64,000 nucleotides of DNA from positions 170,651 through 234,650 of the forward strand of contig NMRA01000128.1 of the NCBI GenBank assembly GCA_002633005.1, in the 5' to 3' direction. Below are positions 52,201-64,000 of the stretch, piece after piece. The position numbers and the translations under genes were made by a program. The stretch's first letter is position 1, and every line of letters starts with the position of its first letter. Source of the DNA: Phoronis australis. Its lineage: Eukaryota; Animalia; Phoronida. A model generated the notes under the pieces. It was given only the letters and a program-made list of their open reading frames with translations, did no database searches and had not been told where the DNA came from.

Positions 52201-55180
52201 ATGCTGACCAAGCTGCCCAGGGTAGTGAGTCATCATTACCTGCCCATCATCAAGGTGCTAGCCCGTTTAGGAGTAGATGAGGACCACCCCCTCAATGAAC
52301 TGTTAACCAAGACGCCTTCGACCAATTCACCTCTGCCCATTGCTTACCCACGTCTGAGTGCTGAAGAAAGTAAGAATATACTCACATTGACAGTTCTAAG
52401 TACTATTAGTTAACATGGCTGCAAAATTTGATCTCACAAGTATATTTTACCTTTCAACTTGTGAATCTTGAAGCAAAACACTTTTTACATGTTTATAGTA
52501 AAAACGATTGTAACTATTTCTGTGTTATTGTTTCAACATCTACAAGCAAAATTGGCAAAACCAACAGCTTGTCGACAGATAGCAGTGTTCAGTTTTTGTC
52601 TGTTTGAGCAGCCTTGGAATGGAGTCACTAGGCATGGCACTGCAATTAGTGCCTTAAGGGTTTTTAAAAACTGAAATAAATTTTCTTGGAACAAATATCC
52701 TCATTTGTCATTGGAAACGAGTATCAACCTCAGAGGTCAAAATTTATATTTTAGTTTCAGCAAATTACTAAAACAGACCAATCCATTTATTGAGAACAAA
52801 CTTTAAAAATGGCCATTGTATAACATTATCTAAGTGGTCGTGTTTCTGGTCAGTTAATGAATAACACCGGTTATTTTTGTATTAAGGTAAAGGTTAACTT
52901 GTATGAGTTGGGTGTGAATGTAAGGAGCTCTCTGTGATTAGTTGTTTTTCTATTTTCTTGTGCTCGGTAAATTTGCTGGAAAAATCAAATGACTCGTGTG
53001 TTTCTGCATAGTTGAAGCACGCCGTGAGAAGTTAGACGATGCCCAGAGGCTGGCGGAATTGTCACGTACTTCTGCGTCTATCATGAGGAAACGAGGATAT
53101 GAGGAGACAAATGGAGTGAATGGTGAGGCCACGTGTTTTTCTTGATTTTTATTCTTGACATTGATTTCTAGTCACATGAACAATGTGCATAGCATTCAGC
53201 AGCAGGAATTCTAATGGAAATGCGTGAATTATCTGAAGATGTAAAATGAAGCTGTTGCACACAGAGACTAGCTGGCTTATAGAACCCATTCGGATTTGGG
53301 GTCTTTAAGAGGAATTTAAAGATTTAAAAGAGTCAACCTTTTTTAGTTACATGGATTTAAATGTTGATCATAAATTTGGAGTAAAAGTGGAATAAGTCGG
53401 TTATGCACGTTAGATTTTCACTTGACCTGGATAAAGTTCAATGTTTCTTTACTGTTGTTCTAGTTTGTACTCTCAGGTCTTAACATATGTCCGATTTCTC
53501 CGTGAAATCTTTCTGTCTTGTTGAATCGCGAGTTATGCGAGTTTGGCTGTACTTTTATGTCCGAGTACAAACAGTACAAGGAAAAAAATCTGGAAGGCAA
53601 TGACCCCAAAGAAGCACTCAACATAAATGTTAGTGTGAACACCAGCCACTGGGGATGTCAATTTGGGCTTCGTATCCCATACTTTTATTTGCTTGTATTA
53701 CTAACTAGCACCATCTCTTGATTGCATAGGTCCTCCTGCCAAGAAATCGCCAATTGCCATGACAACACCAAGACATATACCTGGTGTGATGAGAAACAAT
53801 TTAGTGGTAAGTATGGACTGTACATCACATAATCTACAGCAAAGTCCTCTATGGTAAAAAAATAGGTAGTATTGCTTACCTATCTCTGTTAGCATGCTTT
53901 CTAGTTTCTCCATTTCTTATGTCTGTTCAGTTCAACAGAGCATATGGGATGGTCGCAAGATTACCCCCATGTTTCAAGGCCTGGATTGCATTATTGTTCT
54001 CAACAGCATATTGGTATAAAATCATCTACAGGCTTTCTACTTTCAGAAAGTCTATACTTTCCTTGAGTCAAATTATATAGCTTTGTCGATATTTGGCTGA
54101 ATGCTCGCGCACTTGTCTATGAAGTGCTACGTAACCTTAAGTACATCTGTTCAAAATTGAGTTAATTTCTCGCTATGCCCCACTCCATCTTTTTGGGTAC
54201 ACTATCTGTGGTACTTTGAGTGTGAACTTGTACTTGTGTTGTCTTTCAGCAAAGAGCCATGTTACAGAACAATATTAATGGCCGCTCAGGAAGGTACGCT
54301 CGTAAACAGATTCTAAGTTGGGTAGATGCTCCAGATGACGTTTACTTCATAGCCACTGACAACACCAGGTAAAATGTGGCAGACCATATGCCTGCATGTT
54401 TACATCTCGATAATAGAGTGAACAAGTTGTGACTCTGTATAGTTAGACTTTTACTGAGGTCAGTATGTTGTCTTTCAGACCCCAAAAATGTGATAATGAC
54501 TGATATGGAGCCAATCACATTCATAAAACCAGCATACCGAATACGTGTGAATGTCCAGTAGTTTTATTTTAAGACTGCATCAACAGAGAGATTACTTGGA
54601 GGGAGACTTATGTTCGGGCTTGCGATCATATGTCACTCGTTTGATCAGCCAGCTTTCAATTTTAACCCAAAATGTTGTGGAGAGATTTTGAAAAACATTC
54701 TAGGATATGATTAGAATGGACTAAAATTTTTGGATCCAACTGGGCTGGAAGATTTCACCTGAGTATGGTGAAGGGCCGAGTGCTGAAACTGGAAAACCTA
54801 TTCCGCTGAACTTTGTTCAAGTAAAACGGAAATCCTAGTTACATATGTCCGACTTCTGCAAGTTTTACTTTATTTTAATTAAACCTTTCCAATACCATGT
54901 TTGCAATTATAAATCTGAACAATAACTTAGGCAGAGAAGAGTTTGCTCTTTAGAATTGAAAGTGGTGTTGGCTTCTTGGCTAACTAAGTATTTGACTGAA
55001 GTATCTTTTCCTGATTGGTGTACGATTGATATTTTCAGGAAAGTCCGCAAGCAACTTAACGCTCAAGATTTCAAGCGCGCAGCTCGCAAGCCGTGGCGAA
55101 AGCTCAATGTGAAAACGCCCATCATAAGCAATCTTTACAGCAAGCCAGTTGTACCAGAGGATGTTGTCATATTAGATTGA
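37281..55180 (+). CDS. MTA1: Metastasis-associated protein (MTA1/2/3 family, NuRD subunit): BAH-ELM2-SANT-GATA plus a C2H2 finger, about 723 aa
   Basis: Exons 37281-37308 (MAANMYRVG), 37804-37871, 38036-38129, 42970-43154, 44444-44561, 44860-45062, 45526-45714, 46296-46429, 46620-46696 (or its duplicate 47430-47506), 48203-48319, 49293-49325, 49948-50009, 51108-51333, 52181-52369, 53012-53122, 53730-53806, 54250-54368, 55039-55180 sum to 2172 nt in frame with one copy of exon 9. Motifs: [39 protein letters not shown]. Probably a single pro-orthologue of MTA1/2/3. Confidence 0.95.
46804..47204. mobile_element. Harbinger-like MITE, copy 1 (inside the duplicated block)
   Basis: TIR GGCCCGGTCTCCAAT / ATTAGAGACCGGGCC, preceded by CAG. 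Rich in internal CTCGA/TCGAG motifs. Confidence 0.8.
47614..47996. mobile_element. Harbinger-like MITE, copy 2, TSD CAG
   Basis: CAG|GGCCCGGTCTC...GAGACCGGGCC|CAG. It is 18 bp shorter than copy 1. Confidence 0.82.
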
Positions 55181-55793
55181 TTTCACACTGCCAGTCTTCG
55201 TTAACTTTACTTAGTCATTTTACAAGTTTTTCGTTTTTGTGTGCAATGAATTTGTGACGTTTCCAAGCCCAGAGTTATGTTTAGTTTAGAATATCATTTC
55301 CGCATTTGTTAAGAAATCCTACATACATGTATAATATTTATATGAGCTTTAGACTTATTACATATTAATTGTACAAATTGAAGAATATTCTCCAAGTGCC
55401 AGCTACACAAGTCGAAGTTTTCTGTAGATAACCCAACACATTTCAAGGGTATGGATATTGACAGATTGTATTACTACAAGCGGTAGTCTCGACGTATTGT
55501 ATTTTCATATCATGTAGATATGTTGCCACTGATGTACAGTACTTAATCCAGACCATCTGTTTATAAAGCATGACGCTCCTATTTATGGTTAACTATTTCT
55601 CACTGGATATAAACCCCATGTTGTACAGATATTTTTACCATTGCAAACTGTTACTCTCGTTACTTTATACAGTCAAAGTTATCTTTTGAACACGTTTTCT
55701 TCCAGAATGTCCGTCTGGAGTTTCTTTGTGTGTGTTACCCTTAAGATTCTTTGTCAGGTTTATTACCTGCATGTTTAATGAGTTGACTTTCAA

Positions 55794-55799
55794 AATAAA
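55794..55799 (+). terminator. Candidate MTA polyadenylation signal
   Basis: First AATAAA seen downstream of the stop codon (about 610 nt). Confidence 0.4.
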
Positions 55800-57291
55800 C
55801 AATGTGGCAGTCACAAACAAAAGTTAAGACGATCACTGGACCCACATTTACGGCTCTTATTTCAACTCTTATCTCTCTGAAGTGGTTCTTGGAATACAGA
55901 CACGTGTAGTGTTCACAATTTTGTTTGAAGTGGAGATTGTTGCCTTGTTACATGAATTTGCAGGAGTTAGATTTGGACCGGTTTTCATGTTCTCGCCAGT
56001 GCCGAGAAACTGCAATTTTCTGAAGTTGTTTTCGTACGGGCGTACAAATAAATTTTTTTCCAGAAATTAGGATTTGAGGAGGCCCATTTCACAAAGCCCT
56101 AGTCTTTAAGTTTGGTTGATTGTTAGCCTGACATCAACACCATTGATCGGCAGTAATGCCATAATGCTTGATGGCGCAGTGTTGATATATTAAACATTTA
56201 TCTTTTGTGAAATGAGACCCAACAAATCTTCTTGTTCCTTTGGAAATTATAACTGTCCATGTTCAGCCTGGCTGTGTCTGTAAAGATGCTGTTATTTTTC
56301 TTATTTTTAGTGAAAATAAAATTCAGTTTTCCCAGCTGCTTAGTAATTATTATTATTGATATATCCTTAATTGCACAATAGAGCACTGTGTGAATATAGC
56401 ATTTTAAAAACAAGAATAAAGAACATCACAAATCAATTGAATAAGTTCTGCCTTTGACCCAGTTATTGCCGAAGAAACAAGTTCTCTAATCTCGACACAA
56501 ACTATTACTCTCTCAGGGCCACCTCTGAAAGAGTGGCACCGTGCAAAGGTGACGTGATGCCAAAAATTTAATGTGGATGCCCTAATTTGGATGATGGTAA
56601 AGGATTGTCCTGAAACGAACATGAAAAGTATAATGTATCATTCTATTATTTTGGTCGATATCTTGAAAAATTAGCAGAACAGCAAATATGTGGAAGTCCT
56701 CCATTTGATCTGTTGTTGCAGCAGCCGAGTCGCAGACACTTTTCAACTTCCAACCAATCGGAATGTACAATTATTACTTTCCAACCAATCCGAATGTTTC
56801 TTAGTTCGTTTAACCAATGAGAGGCCAGATTCATTATCCCTTCATTAGTGCTACTGCTCGTAGGATTGGGGAAAATCTAGAATTCATTCATAGCTGCTTG
56901 TTGCAATGTGTCTTGGTTATCGAGTCTCATACATTGTCATGTACGCTGATAACTGAAGCCAATAACAATCTGCAATATTCTGACAACACTGTCCTCGGTT
57001 TGCCACTACATACCATTATACCAGGTGGACTAGACTTAAAAAAATATTTGTGCCACCATTATATCTATACCATCTTGAAAGTGAAATTTCTAACCTCATA
57101 GGTCATGAAACAACAAATGCAGTGTTAGTGACTGTGACTCCTTCGGCCACTAGAGGGGTGATTTTTACAGAACACCATGAAAAGCGCACTACTGGAATGA
57201 TAAGTATGCGTCATCATACAATTTACAAAATTAATAAATTGTTTTCAGTTATATCTTGAAAATCCGGTATTGTTGATCAATGTCAGCCATG

Positions 57292-60200
57292 TTAAGACTT
57301 GTCTGGTAGGTTTTCGATGGGGAACTGAAAAGAAATGACGAACAGCTTACACTGGCACATCTTGAAACGAGACACTCTGCATATTAAGTGGCATTTGACC
57401 ACACAAAATAATAATTTCTTGTACCTTCCAAATAACTGAAAATCGACCAAAAATTCAGAGCACAAAAGCTTGCCATGGTTGATTCATTGTAAATTTTCAT
57501 GCTTTTCAATGAAAAGAAACAATTGACAAGATTAAGTCAGATTTCTTAACGACTATGTACGTCTCGGCTTTTCACGAACTACACTTCCCTCAGGTGAAGT
57601 GTTCCATTTCAACTGGTAGTGGCTGATCTCACATAAAAAATATCGCGAACACCATTTGTTGTTGATGAAAAATGGAAATGAGCAACAAGACCACTCACCG
57701 ATACGCTAATTCCAGGGGCATTAAAGCCAAACACAACTGAATAGAAGTAGAACTCTCCATCAATGGCCGTGTGAATATTGGCGGCCTCTCTAAAGCCGTG
57801 TTGCTCTCCTGCAACCACAAAGATATTCAATCTCACCAAGTTTGGAAAAATATAAGCCAGAATTACCCACCTTTTCATTTTCATAGATTTGTAACAATGT
57901 TGTGAATTTCCACTCAATTTTTAAAAATATTGTCCGATAGTACACCCTGAAATTTCCAAATCTTTACACATGCCAAAGCTAGGCTTAACGCTCATTCCAA
58001 ATCGATTCAATTAACACTTCCTTGAAAGCACCAGTCTGTACTTTTGAAAAGCCATCTCGCACAAGATTTAGCTCCCAAAACATAGAAAACTCACTTATCT
58101 TTGAGTAAAAAAAGAGTGCAGGTGCATGTTTTTTGGGGTGCATCGGATGCACGCAAGCTTCGTTGTTGGGCCCACAGCACAAAACACCTGAGCTAAAACT
58201 CAAAAGAACCTTGTTATCAATCAACAGATTGTTCTATCTTTGAGTAACAAAATAATAAGATATCAATTGGCATCTTGCCTTATTCAGATGGGAAAGTACT
58301 CACTACACTGTCCTACTTCGTTATATTTGACTCTTGCAAGCAACTTCAATGTAAACAAAGCTTTGTCCCGTGTGCTCACACAATTTCAGTAAACAATGTC
58401 ATCCTTAAATGTGCATGACAACTCTTCATTTTTTAGTTCCCTAATTTAAGTGACTGGGTGATAACCCGTACAAAAATGATACTTATGGCACAGGTCTTGC
58501 ACATGCAAGAAGATCAATTAGGTGAATCACGTCATTTATGAAAAAAATGAGAAAATAAAATTTGCCATATTGTGTCCCATATCGATGAAATGACACAGCA
58601 AGTACGGACCGCAGATCCCAGATACTGAGTATTAGTGAAATGCAGTATTATTTTCTTCTCCGAAGAGTGAAGCCGAGTTACTCGTCTAACCTGATACACC
58701 CAGAGAATCATGGCTGTTAGAGTTCTGACATAGAGGTCACAAAGTGCTCCTTCAGTGCATGAACAATACAAAAGCAGCCAACCCAGGGCGTCCACACTCT
58801 TTACCCCCTCGTATACACACCTGCTACCATCTTTTTCATCTGAATTTTGCCTCCCAGACATTACTCATTCATTAGTATGACCACTTCAAGATTAAAAACT
58901 AGACTGGAAACAAATGGGTTTTGGTAAAGAAACTGATTTTGTTGCAGGAGACAAAGTGCAGCAAATGGTCTTTAAATGAATTGTCAAGCAACAGTTATTT
59001 ATTAAAGCAAGCAGTAGATACTGAAGAGCCACTAACCAATGTGAGCTCATATAAGTCTACCAAGGGAGAGCACAATGCTCCTGGCTCTCAGAGATAAAAA
59101 CAAGAGCAACGCAGAGCGTTGAAATGCGCCCACAATTGCACCGCATACGGTATCCTTCTAGGGTTGTTTATTGGTACCATAAAGTGGCCAGTAGAGGGCA
59201 GTAGTATGTTGTACTTTGCAAAATGGAAAGGCATGGTCATTGTCTCCTCAATAGGCTAGGGGCAAAATGTGAGTAATCTTCATAATACAAGCACATCCTA
59301 TACACCAGTTGCTTAAAGCACCACAGAAAGAATTAAAAACAAATTTACCAACATACGAGCACAGCATTAGAATGCCAGAAACAAATTTCTACTTGGAACT
59401 TTTCCTTCATAGTCACGAAGTAACACAAAGTATACACCTGAAGACCTATGAAAATACAGAGGTCAATGTAAAATACCAAAATTGCCACTAGAGGCAAATA
59501 CTAAAATTGCCACTAGAGACATACCGGTAGTCAGAATCATCCTAAAGTCGTCATCGTCCGTTGTCAACATCACATAAATACACTTGCTAAATTTAGTAAA
59601 GATCCTGCAAACGGTTTGGGAGATACAGCCATGGGTGCAAAAAAACAAAACTGCCACTAGGAGGCGCCACAGAAGTCCAAATCGTCTGAAAATCATTGTC
59701 AGCTGTCTTCCATATAGTAAGCACATACACACCAATTTTCACAATCATCCTTTGAGCGGTTTGGTTGATAGAGGAGTGGACNNNNNNNNNNNNNNNNNNN
59801 NNNNNNNNNNNNNNNNNNNNNNNNNNNNNNNNNNNNNNNNNNNNNNNNNNNNNNNNNNNNNNNNNNNNNNNNNNNNNNNNNNNNNNNNNNNNNNNNNNNN
59901 NNNNNNNNNNNNNNNNNNNNNNNNNNNNNNNNNNNNNNNNNNNNNNNNNNNNNNNNNNNNNNNNNNNNNNNNNNNNNNNNNNNNNNNNNNNNNNNNNNNN
60001 NNNNNNNNNNNNNNNNNNNNNNNNNNNNNNNNNNNNNNNNNNNNNNNNNNNNNNNNNNNNNNNNNNNNNNNNNNNNNNNNNNNNNNNNNNNNNNNNNNNN
60101 NNNNNNNNGGATCCGTCCAAAAGTTCGCACATGCCGTCCCATTCATGAATGGAACATATGTGCCAAATTTCATGAACGTATGTCAAAGGGTTTTGGAGAT

Positions 60201-63200
60201 AGAGCAGCGGACGCCGGACGCCGCCCGGACGGACGGACGGACAGAGATGACGGCATAATGCGTCCACATATAAATATGTGGGCGCATAAAAATTAGAGTA
60301 CAAGAACTATACCCTTAAATTAACTTCTTGAGTATACTACCATCTACTGAATCTTTTGAAAACAAAGTATGTCCACGTCTTCAATGAACTGATAACAAGT
60401 GAACATATTACGATACAAAAATTTCTGTGAGTTCTCACCTTTGAAGAGAACATAGGCTGTTGTTATTCCCTTGGCCTTTAAGCTATTAAACATCATCTCG
60501 GCCTGGTTTGGAGGTACAACCTGCAGAATCAACAGCATGTGTGATTGGTCCAATTGACCACAAAAGTAAAAGAAAAACAACGGCAGCAAAAAACTGACGG
60601 AAAGAGAGACAAGGATACGAACTTGGTGAAGACAAATAAGACAAAGGTGCAAGCGAAAACTAAACTATAAAAGAACAATTGATGTATGGACGACACAGAA
60701 AGTAACATTGATGCTATGAGGGTTGAGCTATCTATATGTGTAATAGTCATAGAGATTTATATACAAGTTTCTGTAACTGCTGTAAAGTGTTACTGAAAAA
60801 ATTCAAAATCAGTCAATTTTTATTTCTCAGACTTGGGATGATGCACAATCTTTCAAAACCTTTTCATGATGGTAACTAATTGATTTATTTGTCAAGTCAA
60901 GTCAAGTCATTTTATTTATAGTCAGTTTGGCAAACAACAAGAAAACATTAGCCATAGACTAGTACACCAACATATAAATAAATAAATAAAATAACTAAAT
61001 ATATATGTGGAATTAAAAACAAAATTTAAAATACTATAAACAAGGTTAACAAATTTGAGCAAATGTCATCAAAGTAGTTGCAATCTAAAGGATTGGGGAA
61101 GAAAATAATTTTACAAATAGCTACATGGTACATCAGGTAAAAAACAGTGAACATGATCACAGTTTTTCCATTACAGATTATAACTTGTGATACTTTCACA
61201 GCAAAACCTTAATTGATGACAGAACAACTCCGACAGTATGTGAAGGTTATTTAACCATACCTTATCTTCATCTCCCTGGAAGAAAATACACGGACTGACG
61301 ATGTTATCTGTGTGATAAATTGGTGATCTATCAACATAGACCTGCTTGTCTTGCGGATAAGGCCCAATAAGATTGTCCAAGTAGCGACTCTCAAACTTGT
61401 GAGTCTCAGCAGTCAGCAACTCAAGATCTGCTACCCCGTAACTACTGGATGCTACAAAAAAAACCCGCACAATTTGGGATAAAATGCACATTTTGGGAAA
61501 GACAGCCATGCCAGGTTATTTACTGTAAAGATTCTTCAATTCGGGAGAAATAATTATACTGTCACTTCTCATTTTTCAAAAACCTATGGCATTGCTGCAA
61601 ATGCAGAACCTCATATCAAGTGTTACACATGCCATCTACAGTGTGTAAACTGCTAATATTTATTATCTAGACAAAACAAAAATTCACATGTTTGCCCAAA
61701 ATATTCATAGCATCACATAGAACTACAAAATAAAAATGCTTCACAACTCAGTGATGCATAAACATTGCTGAGACTAAAGCATAGATCTCCTAATTGCACT
61801 CTTATGTACACAACTTTAAAAACTTACAAGTCCACTACCAACTAACTGTATTACACTTACCAGCCTTGAAAACGTCAGGTTTGAAGGCAAGGCAAGCGAG
61901 TGTCGTATACCCCCCTGCAGATCCCCCATCAATGCACAGCTTGTTGCGGTCTGCACGCCCCACGCTGGCCATGTGCAGAGCTCCAAAGGCAGCATCTTCG
62001 ATATCCGTGATGCCCCAGCTATAGATAGAGTAACAGTTGACTATTAATTCAAGAAACCCTATAGCGGGTTCTACGTGTTAAGGTTATCTCTAACCTTATT
62101 TAGTGGCTTCTATTCTAACTCGTATATTAAAAACACTAAGCTTTGTCAACTAGAACAAGTATATATTTTCTGAAAGAAAATAGATTAGGGAATATGAAAA
62201 TATTTTCTGTATTAATGTACCATAATTATTTTTACATAAAAACCCTTTTAAAGTCAAAATTTTATTTTTAAGAACGGTACATTCATGGTAAAAAACACCT
62301 CGGTCGATTTTAATGAAACATTTTTTAAATGAAAATTTCACCAGTTACCTCCAAAACACTATTAGGAATTTTCAATTAGTCTTTTCGTTTGGTTTCTACG
62401 ACAAATCAACTCGCAAAACGTAAGGTATCTTTGTAAACAACGGAAGTCGTATTCGTCTTTGATACATTACGCAAAAAATAGGCCTTTATATCAAAAATCC
62501 TAACAGCATTTTTGAGACTGATGACTAAATATTAAATTTGCAAAGTTTCAGCGAAATCCACCAAGCCGTTTTTGAGAACTCGTAGTCCTAAGTTCAAATG
62601 AAGTCGATTTGCCGAAGCCACGAAAAAGCCGATTAAACTGGGATGAGTGAAAATATCAAAGTCTTCGGTTCATTATTCGGTGAAAGCTTGTTTTTGGTAC
62701 ACATAACCTATACAAGCTTTAAATATGTTCACTATTTCAACATTCACTCGCAATGGCAACTGATTTTGCAGCACGTAATTAACTTAACTCATTAAAACGT
62801 ACCGTTCCCAGCTAACTTTTACTGTTGTTTGCAAGCATTTCACCTACTTCATATAAATAGCTCAAAGTTCATTGTTATACACATAGAATGTACACGTCAC
62901 GTGCCGGGAGACTGATACGAATCCAATTATGAAATGGATAACAAAAATCAAATCGGTGGTTAAAGCATGTCGTTAGCATGAGATCGAAACATTGAAATGT
63001 CAATTTATTAATTGAATGAAGGGTACTAACAATGACTGCATCAAAACAAAAGAACATCACATGACATGTCAATCTCAATTTCACTGTGACAACCTACTTC
63101 AAGTATAGTCGTGTCCTGTACGGTCGACCGTACCCTGTGCTCCCTCTGTAGTTGAGGTCGAGTATACCAAACCCTCGGCTCGTGAAGTAATTATACTGCA

Positions 63201-63795
63201 AATTCATGACTGGAGATGTCTGACTTGTGGGACCACCATGCACTTTTACCAACAGAGGGGGCAAGCTACCTGATGGGCCTTGATAATCTTTGTTCTGAAA
63301 TTGCAACAACTTCATACTTTGTGGAAAGATTTGATTTATCACCTTTTTAATAATACATCATCATCAAAAGGAACTGTAAATGAGACAAATGACAGATTTC
63401 ATTATGAACAGGATTCCAAGTCAGATACAGCAGGATGGCTGCAACTTTCTACCCCAAAAAATTACTGCATATTTTACTGCTTTTCTGTATTATGATTACA
63501 TAAGGTATGTGTAATATTCTTTGAGTGCGCGTATAGTGGTGGTGAACAACGTGTATCGCCATCTACTGAGTAGACAATACAACAGTATGAATTATTAAGT
63601 CTGACCTAAGTAAGTTGCACCGTGTAGACAGTAACCGTGAGTGCACCTCATGTCACTGTGTCTCACCTGAGGAGGGTAGTAGTATGCGTATGCCTTCTCA
63701 CCATTCCCTGAGTTGTAAACAACCTCTTCTGGAATGCTGAAGTATCCGGAGTCTAGAGAGTGCTGTATTGGAGTACTCTCTCGAATCACCTTCAC
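57292..63795 (-). CDS. S9-family (prolyl oligopeptidase / dipeptidyl aminopeptidase / acylaminoacyl-peptidase-like) serine peptidase, 3' part
   Basis: Exons 63795-63667, 63294-63098 ([16 protein letters not shown]), 62018-61861 (GGSAGG nucleophile motif), 61451-61261 ([15 protein letters not shown]), 60520-60439 (VVPPNQAE), 57808-57699 (GEQHGFR), 57324-57292 ([10 protein letters not shown]). The Ser-Asp-His triad is in order and phases are consistent. The 5' exons lie beyond the right edge. Confidence 0.92.
59098..60292 (+). mobile_element. Helentron-associated (HINE/DINE-1-like) non-autonomous element spanning an assembly gap
   Basis: Starts AAACAAGAG with hairpin CAACGC-AGA-GCGTTG. Subterminal ATGCGCCCACA (59124) is inverted to TGTGGGCGCAT (60277). 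(GGAC)n microsatellite at about 60227-60242. Terminal hairpin 60258-60287 followed by an A-run. Confidence 0.65.
59782..60108. other. Assembly gap (N run)
   Basis: Run of N. ORFs that span it are artefacts. Confidence 1.
60891..60995 (-). mobile_element. Possible LINE 3' tail in reverse orientation
   Basis: (GTCAA)n followed by TTTTATTT on the plus strand, i.e. AATAAA plus a pentanucleotide tail on the minus strand. Confidence 0.4.
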
Positions 63796-64000
63796 CTGTG
63801 AACATCATGAAATCTTTGTCAAGGCCAATGACATTCAAGGCGTCCTCGAACAAAAGCGGCTACCACACTCACGTTCTGTTAGCGAAGCAAACTTTTAATT
63901 TGGACCTCATTATAAAATCTCAACATGTTCCTTACTCAGTTGAGAAGTGATTTCTGACAGCATTTCATCAAGACTACGCTCAGTGCATAAAATGACACGC

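Noticed and set aside
59584-60303. Long ORFs of 127-236 aa
   Set aside because: Artefacts of reading through the N gap.
62150-62700. AT-rich segments with AAGTTTCA..AAATC..CCGTTTYTGAGA motifs (also near 7830 and 51975)
   Set aside because: They look like decayed copies of a common interspersed DNA element, but I could not define termini or a TSD well enough to annotate them.

Overview
Intron-rich, AT-rich metazoan genomic DNA, probably an invertebrate deuterostome (taxon is an inference). It holds four spliced genes, reconstructed by hand from GT-AG junctions and reading phase. (1) The 5' part of DTL/CDT2 (minus strand, ATG 18818, continuing off the left edge). (2) A complete CCT4 (plus strand, 14 exons, 535 aa), head-to-head with DTL across a 400-bp promoter carrying E2F, CRE and YY1 motifs. 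(3) A complete MTA-family NuRD subunit (plus strand, 18 exons, about 723 aa) with an extra C2H2 finger and a tandemly duplicated exon. (4) The 3' part of an S9-family serine peptidase (minus strand, convergent with MTA). Three near-identical 131-nt box H/ACA snoRNA copies sit in CCT4 introns 4, 9 and 12. Introns also carry many MITEs (foldback, nested 5/6-bp-TSD, CWG-TSD), a Helentron-like element with CTCF-like motifs, LINE tails and minisatellites. I found no CRISPR array and cannot claim a new system. The best leads are the snoRNA triplet, the frameshifting duplicated MTA exon (possibly an assembly artefact) and the CTCF-like motifs carried by or disrupted by transposons.
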